DNA of 64,000 nucleotides from Guillardia theta CCMP2712 (Eukaryota; Protista; Cryptophyta): NCBI RefSeq assembly GCF_000315625.1, contig NW_005434542.1, positions 90,524 to 154,523 of the forward strand, read 5' to 3'. Shown piece by piece: positions 54,420 to 64,000 of this stretch (position 1 is its first letter; each line of letters starts with the position of its first letter). The notes under the pieces were generated by a model. It saw only the letters and a program-made list of their open reading frames with translations, ran no database searches and was not told where the DNA came from. The position numbers and the translations under genes were made by a program.

Positions 54420-57400
54420 AAGTGACATCTGAGCAATATCTTCAGATTCAGTTTCAGTTTTGCGCCGCACAAGATGAAGTGAGAAGGCCGAGCCCTCCTG
54501 TTCCCTTGCCCTCACCCTCCTGCAGACGAATCCCGGAGACAGTAGCTCACGGAGAGTCCGATGCGACTGATCGCCAGAGTGCTGGACGTCCAGCAACGAC
54601 CGCGGAGCTGGTGCTTCTACTCGTTATTGTGGCAGCAGACTGATCCGATGCAAGAGACTCTCCGGATGAACGCGGTCTATCACTTCATCCTGACCCTCGA
54701 CCACGACGAGGACGACTCTAGAACAGACTGACGGTACGCCGAAGACTCTGAGGGGCTGATCTCAGTCACAACCTCAGTCTGAAGCTTCGAGGCATCTGCT
54801 ACTGTCAGGTCGAACCCGGGGAAGGAACTCTGTATAGAGAATAAAACTTTCTCTACAGCAAGAATACGCAAGAATGAGGCGAGCATGGAGGGCCTTGTAT
54901 CCTCTGCTCCCATCATGAGTACAAAAACCTACAGACCTTTCTCGCTGCTCGGATAAGAACCCCAACGCCCTGCCCTCCCCGGCGTCAACGGCGACCTCTG
55001 ATTCTTGAGATGAGCCAGACGAAAGATAGCGCTCCCAGGACAAACAGCTGCAGAAAGATTCACGTCATGCCAACAGGAGGAGCAGACAGCCAAGTAGTTC
55101 TTACCCCTGTACCGACCCTTGCTTCCGTTGGTGATAGTTGGAGGTCCATGTGGAAGTCCCCGCCGGACCTGTGGAGCAACAAGGTTGGGAGGAGGCGGAC
55201 GGCCCAGGAAGCCGTACCTTCGCCACCATTCCTGTCCGAGTTCAACAGCCTGAGGCTGACCTTGCGGACCAGCTCCTGCAGCCGGCGAGTGAATCAGCAA
55301 CGAGCAACTTTCAGAGGTAGAGCAGTTGGCACCTGACGCCTTTTCCGAGGGGACATCCAACTGAGAAGTCGCAGCAGCTTTGACAGCTTCGGGAAGATCG
55401 TCATTTGGCAGAGACGACGATGACATCTCGTTTTCTTCTATCGCTATCCCCTGAACAAAATGGCACGAACGAGTCACGGCGAGCGTTTCTCATGGTCAGT
55501 CTGACAGACCTTGAGAGCAAAAGCTGAATGCAACTCAGTCTCTTCCAAGACAGGGAGCCTGTCTACCCCATGACCAAAAGAATAGGTGTGATAATCTTGA
55601 GCTCGGATGTTAGTGTGTGACAAATCCAAAAGGCTGTATCACACCTTCCTCCATATCAGGATCCCAGTCAGAAGCAGAGAGCTGAAAGAGTTTCTGTCAG
55701 ATATCTTCTTCGATACGTTGAACATGGAGCTAAGAGAGGGGAGGATGTTTCAAAGAAAAAAATCATCATGGTAGTGATCGAGAGAATGTCCAAGAGATCT
55801 CAGAGGTAACAAGAGCGGACGAAACATATCACAAAGAGCATTCAGCAAGCAACATGAAACAAACATACATTGCTTTCTCGTCGGCTAGGGATGTCAGGAT
55901 CGCACTCTGGTGGAATTTCCAAACCAGTCCTCTTCAGGCAAGATGTCAATATTCCAAAAATCACGTTTTTGCCCTCCCGACCTGCATGAAGTCCGCGGTG
56001 AACTTTCCATGAGCCCCTTCACGCATTGACAGTAGAGTCTGGCACGCGGATCAGAGATTCTGCCTCGATCCAGGAGGAAGGTCACCTCGAATCGAGGAGG
56101 CGTATCTGGTGAGAGCGGCTCGTATCTTGGACGGTCTCGCATTGGATTCGGCTTCACTGTGCCATCAGGCATTTGCAATGGCCGCCTGCAGGGTAATAAC
56201 ATGTCAGAATGGCACTCCTAGTTACGACAGGAACTGATCTCAAAACAGAAAGGTGTTAAAAAACTCACAGTTCTTTCACTGGCGGTAGAGTTTCCGTAGC
56301 AAACAGTAGCTGCTTTAAAGAATATCTGAAATAGCCCTATCAGGGCAATCCAAGAGGACAGCAACTCAAGGCCACTCAGCATCGAATTACTCACAAATTC
56401 CTGGAAGGCGCTGCTTCTGGATTCATGGGGGGTAATTGTACTGGATCCAAGTCCAATGCTGCAAGTTCCTGTAGAAATCTCACTTCAAGAAATACGAACT
56501 CAACCTCCAAAATACCGGAGGTGCTTCCGTGAAGGACATTCTGGGAAGCCGGGGAGCGGACAAGCTTTCACTTCTATCTCTTTGATCATCATCGTGCCCA
56601 TGCGAATATGTAACAGGAGCTGCTCATACATCAATCCCGATTAATGCTCTCTTCATTCGCTCATACCTATAGGCTTGTGCCATGCCGGCTCCATATCAGG
56701 AGAATGTTCAAGTTTAGCAGAGCGATTCTCTGTCTTCTGCTCTTCAACCACATCCTGCTTCTGCTCTTCGGTCACATCCTGCTTCTGCTCTTGGACCATA
56801 TCCTGCTTCTGCTCTTCCATAGGATCCTGTTTCTGTTCGTCTACAGGATCCTCAGACTGTAAGACTGGCGTGGGATTGTTCTGCAACTCCCAGTTAGCAG
56901 AGGATGATTGTCATCGGTTGGTGGGAAGAGGCGATTGATTATGTGAGAGAACATAGGAATACAAGTTTCTCCTCTCATTCTGTGGAGGTAGATGTGCTCA
57001 GGGCGGAGGGAAACAGATATGATGGAAGTAGTAATCCTGACAAGGTCGGTGACACATGGTTTGAATGGGCAATGGTGAACATAGAAGGACTCGAGATGGA
57101 TTCTCACACAGCATGAGACAGGACTGGTATCTGGAAGGGCTTGAGTACAAGGATGGAGGCAGTGGGGGGTCTTTCGCAGAAGAAGGGATAAGGCCAGACG
57201 GGGTGGTATTTGTGATGGACAAGGTTGGCAAGGAAAGGTGCACATGGATGGTGAGCAGAAGGGCGGGGCAAGGGGTAATGACTAAGATCCAGGACAGGAG
57301 GAACAGCAGGAGAAAGAACAAGGACGCTCGGAGTGCACGAGCATCGAAGAATGCAGAGGGGGGGAAAGAACTGGAGGAAGCGAGAGAGTGAGGGAGGAGC

Positions 57401-57548
57401 GAAGGAGGCAGGGAGTTGGTTGCAGTCACGTGGGGAGAAGGAAGATCTGTGGGAAGGGGATCGGTGGGAAGAGATTGGCGGGAAGGAGACAGGAGGAAGG
57501 ACATGGGGCTGTTGCCTTCGGCTTGCTCTTGGCGCCCTTCTTGCCCAT
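54420..57548 (-). CDS. Multi-exon hypothetical protein starting MGKKGAKSKPK, with 24-bp EEQKQD repeats at ~56740-56850
   Basis: Several minus-strand exon-like ORFs with GT-AG boundaries; no family recognised. Confidence 0.4.
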
Positions 57549-58477
57549 GGCGGCGGAGCTTTGGAGCGAAGGGGAAGAACTGGGGAAAAGAGGGGTGGGG
57601 TCCATTAGGGGTAGGGGTCCCCATACGGGGTTAGGGGTTATCCTGAAAGCAAGGTAACACAAAAGAAGGTAGGGGTAATGAGATGACGGGTATCATTGAC
57701 CGAAAAATGTGCTTCAAAATAAGGGGTAAACAATAAAATCAGTCATGGAGGGGGTGGGTCACCCAATAATTTTCGATCGGTGGGAGGTTAACGGGGTAGT
57801 AACTTAAATTATAGTTATAGTTTTGGTGGGTAGTCATGAATCCAAGTACCGGTACTTTGAAAACACAATTCTCTGCTGTAGCTAGGGTAGGGTACTGAGA
57901 GTGTAGAGGCTCACATCGCAGAGGGGGTGAATCCAAGTATAAAAATGATTTTTTCAATAGTTTGTATCACATTTATTACTTATTACTTGATTTATAATGC
58001 ATACTTATAATAATAAAATAAACAAAAAACTGTTTTTGTCAGTGCCGTATGCCCAGTGCACTGGCAGGGCGCCGCCGGGCCGCCGGACCCGAGCGGCCAG
58101 GGATCGGCGGGGCGGCCGGGCTCCGGCCCGCGGCCCGCAGGGACTCCTCGGAGTCCTCGAATTCTCGGTACTGCGCATGACGCTGCCGGCCCGCCGCGGC
58201 CGGCATTAACTCAACTGGCAAGCTTCCGAATGTGACTCACGGTACGTGACCGACGGTCGAACCGTCAGTTGGGCCAGTTGCTTCCGAGCTGCCGCTTGGA
58301 GCCTGAGTCCTGGCGAAGCCTGCCACCGCCGCGTGACTCGGATCGGACCCGGCGGCGATCCGGACGGGCCGGACCGGCGGATCGGACGCCGGGTCCCGGC
58401 GGAGGGCCGGGGACCCGGTGACCCGGGCCCGGCCGGGGCGCGCCGGGCCCCCGGGGCCCGGGCCGCCGTCCGATTCT

Positions 58478-58995
58478 GATCCGCCCGGCCGGACCGTACG
58501 GTACTCGAGGCCCTCCACTAAGTTCACTCACTGTCAAGCAGCCTCGGCCGGGCGGCGCCGGGTCACCTGGCCGTGCCTGACTCGTGAGTACGGTCCGAGC
58601 CCCGCCGCACACCGCCCGGGGTTCGGTTCCGAAGTGGCAACCGGTTCACTAGGCCTACGGTGGCACGGCGCCGCCTCGGTGGGCCCGCGGCTCCGCCGGC
58701 TGAGGCCAGGACTCTGGATAACCAGAGATCATCGGCCCGGATCCGCCCGGCCGGACCGTACGGTACTCGAGGCCCTCCACTAAGTTCACTCACTGTCAAG
58801 CAGCCTCGGCCGGGCGGCGCCGGGTCACCTGGCCGTGCCTGACTCGTGAGTACGGTCCGAGCCCCGCCGCACACCGCCCGGGGTTCGGTTCCGAAGTGGC
58901 AACCGGTTCACTAGGCCTACGGTGGCACGGCGCCGCCTCGGTGGGCCCGCGGCTCCGCCGGCTGAGGCCAGGACTCTGGATAACCAGAGATCATC
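58478..58995. repeat. Two identical copies of about 256 bp in direct tandem (period 262)
   Basis: 58478-58733 equals 58740-58995. Confidence 0.95.
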
Positions 58996-59716
58996 TTCTC
59001 TTTACGACCATGACCACTCTTTTACTCAAACCATGAGGTTGCCCTAGGGGGCTCTTATATGAGGTCCTAGTCCTGTACCCCCACCCTTCTTTTCAATCAC
59101 TCCTACCCACAAGGCGCATTCAGGCTGAACCACCCATAACCTACCCCTGCACCACAGTTGTCTGGTCGAAACACCCCGTGTAGGACTACCCCACCTGCTC
59201 CAGTAGTACCCTACCTGACATGATTCACCTTCTCCTAGGTAGCCCATCCTATCTCTTTTCCCCAACAACGATCGCTCTGGAACCTCTGTGACCACCCTAC
59301 CCTGAGAATTACACCCTACCCCTCAGATCAAAACAGTTCCGTAACTGATTACCCCCTGATAATACTTGAAATACCCTGAATTGATACGGGTCACTTCAAC
59401 ACCCACCCCATCATTTCAGCTCCGAGGGAGCACCACCCAGGAAGCCATTTCTTACGACCGGTGCAGGATCGGGGGAAACTGCGAATCGATATGCGCGTCG
59501 TGGTAAGAAGAGGAAGAGCGGGAAGAAATGGAAAAGTTGGGGAGGGAGCAAGAAGGGAACAGATTGAGAGAGATCATTTAGATACTAACTAGCGAAATGT
59601 GGTGCTTCATGAGAACCGGGGAGGGCAGTTTCTAGTTTTGCCTTGATGCAATTGATCTTTGTTTCACACACATACATACGCAATCGAATTATCATCTCGT
59701 CTTGTTGTACTGACAA

Positions 59717-60014
59717 TGACTCGTATCAATATTCTTACAAACATAAAACGTGTTTCTATGCTGGTTGAGCGCCTGATTGAAGTTTCCAGACATTCTTGCT
59801 GGTTTTGGTCCAATGCCTGATTGCCATCTTTGGAGCAACCCATGCCTCTGTTCTTCCAAGCGTGAATGTGAACTCCGCAAGGAACTTGAACCTAAGAGGA
59901 GGAGGTGAGGACAAACAGAAGCCGGAAGGCAAGGGCAAGAAGGGAGGAAAGGGAGGAAAGGCTGCGGGACAGCAGGAGAAAGCTGGAGGAGCTGAGGACA
60001 AGAAGAAGAAGTGA
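59717..60014 (+). CDS. Small protein: signal peptide, LNLRGG and a Lys/Gly-rich tail
   Basis: FLLVLVQCLIAIFGATHA-SVLPSVNVNSARNLNLRGG-GEDKQKPEGKGKKGG...KKKK. The start probably lies in an upstream exon. Confidence 0.55.
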
Positions 60015-60159
60015 GAAGACTACGGCAAGTGAACCTCGTGGCTAATGGTGACGGATGTTTGTTGTTGTCTCTGTTCAGAACCAACTGCGATCAACCTTCC
60101 TCCGGGTTCTTGCACATGCCGTTACCAATAAAATGGTGATAGTGGTGAAACTGCAAGAC

Positions 60160-61190
60160 TTTGTTTATGGGATTTTTAGCGATGAGCTGATTTCTATACA
60201 AGAGAAGCTCCTGGACGGCACAGCTCGCCAAGCAGGTCACGAAATTTCCCCCCCACCTTCCTTTGACACGAGATCGGCGGCTGTCAGTCCATGGAGATCC
60301 TGATGAACTGAGATCAGGCGAGAGAGTGCGTATGTGACAAGACGGTCTTACACGGATCCCATCATTCGCGCCATGATTCATGAGATGTACCACCTGATAT
60401 TAAACACTTGAGTAGAATCAAGAAGAGACTTCACAATATATCCTCACGCAGGAGGAGAAGCCAGCAGGCATGCTGTAGTGAAGCGCAGTCCGTCCAACAG
60501 AGTCTTGGATGTTCGGATCCGCCCCTGATTCGAGGAGTAGTTTTGACACCTTGCAGAGTGAAACTGTCAGGCGACACGTTAGAGCAGAACAGATGACGAG
60601 GCTTACATCCCCGTGGCCGTTCATGGCAGCATAATGCAACAAGGTGAACCCTTTGACGTCCTTGAGAGAAAGGTCTATCTTGTGCCTCTGTAGCACCTCA
60701 GCGATCTGTTTGCTTTTGCCATCCTTGGCCAATTGAAAAATCGAGAAGTCATCTGCACAGTCGCGGCGTCAAACAGCATGCTTCTGTAACTGAGGAAGCC
60801 ACAAGGTGGGGCTGGACCACATGGGAAAGGAAATTCATACCAGGAGCGGTGCTCATGAATCTCAGCGCCCGATGAACACCTTGAGATGGAGCGGAAACAA
60901 GCAGTAAGTATCACCTGAAGAGGCCAACGGAACACACCTGATCTTCCGGATGATCTCGGGCCGAGCAACGCAATAGGGCTCCTCCCAACCCAGTCTTTTA
61001 GCGATTGCATTGCATAGCGCGAGTGGTGCATAGCCGAGACAGTGAGGCGACGGACGGGGGGAGAAGACATGTTCTTCTAGTCTGATCAGTGACGAGCTCT
61101 ATGCTGAAACCTTCACTGCTTCCTTTGCTTCCCCGGCCTCCTCCCTTGCTGCAGCTACACAACTGGATCCGGCCTTGCCAAATTCCATGT
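60160..61190 (-). CDS. Ankyrin-repeat protein, multi-exon
   Basis: KDVKGFTLLHYAAMNGH; LLLESGADPNIQDSVGRTALHY; DLHGLTAADL. Confidence 0.8.
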
Positions 61191-61563
61191 AACGGAAATA
61201 ACTGTAATACTCGACCAACGGACAAAGAGCGACGGAGGGAAGAGGGAGGAGAGGAGGAGAGGAGGAGAGGAGAAGAGAGGAGAGGAGAAGAGAGGAGAGG
61301 AGAGAGAAAGAGAACCGAGAGAAGACGAGGTAGTACCGAAGAAGAGAATGCAATAGAGGGGTGGCTCGCACAGGTTGAAAGACAAGGCGCAAGCGATAAA
61401 TTCGTCTCAGTCAGTTCCTCTTTCATACACGAGTCAGTTCCTCTTTCATACACATTGTTTAACCTTGAAAAAGGAGCTCAAGATTTTAAATTCGTGCTAG
61501 GATTGTCTGAACTTGGAGAGGAAATGGCTGCGACATGATCTGAGGGGCGATTTCAAACTGAAG

Positions 61564-64000
61564 ATGGAAGTGTCGGTTGAAGCCGGCGAGGCCCACGTGC
61601 CTCCCTCCTCAGACGAGGACAGAGAGACTTACAAACCTACCAGGACGAGCAGCGAAGGGGGACAAAAGTTCAGACCGATCAGTGCTCCGAGATGTTACGG
61701 CAACCTCCGATCGAAGACAAACCAAACCCACGACAGAGGGCTGAGTCAGCACGATGTGCTCACGATAGACAAGCAGTACTACGCCAAGGTGAAGACCTTC
61801 CAGCATCGACCGACGAGCGCTCCCAACATTCGGGAGGGAGAAGAGGCGGATGATGAGGAGGGCTCGAGGAAGTTGCCCTACATCGATGATTGGGACGATG
61901 ACGACGAGGGCACCGAAGAAAACATTCTGAACGACAAGCAGGACTTCCTGTTCAGCCCTCAGAACACAGAGGAGCACGAGTCTCAGAAGGGACAGCACCT
62001 CAACCTATCAAACTCCATCGGAGTTAAGCGTGACGGAGCGTTCCACAGGTCCGCGTCAGGGAAGCATCGCAAGAGCAGGAGGAAATTGCCACAGCATTCT
62101 CCCACCTTCGAGTCCAACGGGGCCCTCCGCTTCATACGAACCCCCGTCAACTCAGCCCCTCCCACTCGCATCTACTCACCTCTGTACGGAGAGAGGAGTG
62201 AATTCAACTCCTTCAGACCGATCTGGGCTCTTAGCAAGCCATCTGAGGTAGCGCATCGCTCGTTGCACGTCTGACGGGCAAACTCACTTTCATGCAGGAG
62301 CAGTCCCTGTCGAGCTCCTTGAGGCATGTAGAGAGAGAGAGACCTAAGATTCCAAGGAGAAGCTCCTCTGCTACCTTGATCCGCACCATCGCTGCCGATC
62401 CCAGCAGGCCCAGATCGAGTTTGGCTCCCGTCCCACTACTGGTGCAGTCGACAACGAGGGTGTCTTAAGAGTTGCTCCTTACGTTTGTGCAGGTGGTCAA
62501 GAACCCGCTGGCTACGAAGCTGGGGAAGAACACAGGAGACCTGGAGGAGATAGGAGGGAGCTTCGAGCCCTTGAAGAGCCAGAGCTCGCTGCCCGATTAC
62601 GACGCTCTCCACGACCCTCACCTGAGGAGGTTCTGGAGCAGGCAGGACCTGCAGCATGTGCTGAAGCTCAAGGGGATGATCCGAGACGAGTATGCCCCGG
62701 ACACCGGCCTGTTTGAGTCAGGTGAGAGCTCCTGACCATGGCTTTCTGCGCTGACTTGCTGGGATCAGCCATGGCCAAGGAGCTGGCGGATCTGTCGGCG
62801 CAGCGCGACATCCGGGATATGATGATGGAGCAAACGGCAGCGATGAAGCGGCAGAGGAGCCAGAGGAGGGTCTCTCAGTCCGCAGCGAGGAAGCTGACTC
62901 TAGAGGTATGCGAGGACGCGCACGAGAACGTTGAGGCAAAGATACATATCTCCAAGGAGCAGCCGGTGATCTCAGCATGGCTGAGTTGGGGGAAGAGCCA
63001 GGGGGACTCGGCGCCAGATCTGGATCTATCCTGCATCTGCTTCGATGACAAGGGGCGCGTGCTTGAAATCATCTTCTACAGGTCCCTGGTCGGGAAGAAC
63101 GAGGCCCTGGTGCACCTGGGGGACGACTTCGACCGGGCACAAGATGCTGCAGTCAGCTCAGACGGGGTGCTGCTTGACCATGCTGCAGACGTGCGGAGGG
63201 AGGAGACGATACTGGTGGAGCTGCCTCGGATCATGCAGTCGGTGGTTGCCATCGCGTTCGTGGTCACTTGCTTCAGCGACGAGGGCGGGCTAGCCGATGC
63301 CGTCGGAGCGGAGCTGATCCTGTGCTCAGGGTCCAGCCGATCCAACCCTGAGGACGAGCTCGTCCGCCACTACCTGTCGAGCGAGCGGTACAACGCGGCG
63401 CTGACGTCGATGGTGGTCAGGGACCGCTCCTCTCCGAGCAACTGGAGCATTCGGACGATCACGAGGGTCGCCATGGCGAACGTGGCGGTGGAGATGGTGC
63501 AGATGGTTCAGTCTCTGCTGCGGAACAGAGAGATCTGCTCGCCCTACACGGTCCTGATTGAATACTGCACGGCAACTCGGCCCACCTCCTCGCTGCGGGG
63601 GAAGAAGTCAGAGTTCACCAAGGCCTACAAAGCAGTAGTGAAGGCCATCAGCCATGCCTTCCCCTTCGTCAGGGTCGTCGGGAACCCCCAGGGCCTCGTG
63701 GAGAAGCCTCGGATCGGCTCCTTCGAAGTCACGCTGCTCGACGGCAGCCGGGTAGTGAAGCTCATCTGGTCCAAGTTGATGCTCGGCCGGTGGCCCCAGA
63801 AGATGGACACGATCCTGAGGCGGGTGGCGTCGGCCGTCAAGCAGGGCAGCACCGCAGCCCCCGTGCCGGACGAGAGGTCGGAGGTCGAGATCCGAATGGT
63901 CAACGCGTCAACCCGCGAGCGCCTGCCATGGGCGACGGTGGAGGTCCGAGCGCTGGGGATTGCGGCGCAGAAGCTGCAGATGCTGAACGGGGTGAAGAAG
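61564..64000 (+). CDS. Multi-exon protein with a YDALHDPHL motif, a TerD-like domain and an Rdx/SelW-like domain, running off the window
   Basis: WLSWG..DLDLSCICFD..IIFY..LVHLGDD..ETILVELP..IAFVV (TerD, ~62960-63460); VLIEYCTAT..PRIGSFEV..LIWSKL..GRWP (Rdx, ~63545-63800). The start codon is uncertain. Confidence 0.75.

Noticed and set aside
63560-63580. Selenoprotein (CxxU) in the Rdx-like domain
   Set aside because: The codons read TGC ACG GCA ACT, with no in-frame TGA

Overview
Gene-dense eukaryotic nuclear DNA with short GT-AG introns, many of them filled with microsatellites. An ARA-FAP bipartite plastid leader points to an alga with a red secondary plastid, probably a cryptophyte (inferred, not verified). 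Resident genes: a large KP-43-type S8 subtilase, two PAS-domain paralogues, a CS-domain/cyclophilin fusion, SF3B6, a Sel1-repeat protein, a PDZ/C2/coiled-coil protein, a plastid-targeted METTL7-like methyltransferase, an ankyrin protein, and a TerD+Rdx protein that runs off the window. The accessory block at about 8.5-26.1 kb is a roughly 8-kb tandem duplication. Each unit contains a YcnI-like gene, a 28S rRNA fragment, a copy-specific cargo segment, and a Crinkler/RHS-type P-loop NTPase + PD-(D/E)xK nuclease gene. Gypsy and Crypton-like remnants follow it. Main leads: (1) three unrelated proteins, including the nuclease, have a signal peptide, a linker and a ubiquitin-like L(R/N)L(R/K)GG motif directly before the mature domain; (2) the duplicated effector cassette carries swapped cargo; (3) GC-rich islands upstream of genes appear to change mainly through short indels, with insertions demonstrable in the rRNA fragment. 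All family calls are by motif recognition only, and exon boundaries are approximate.
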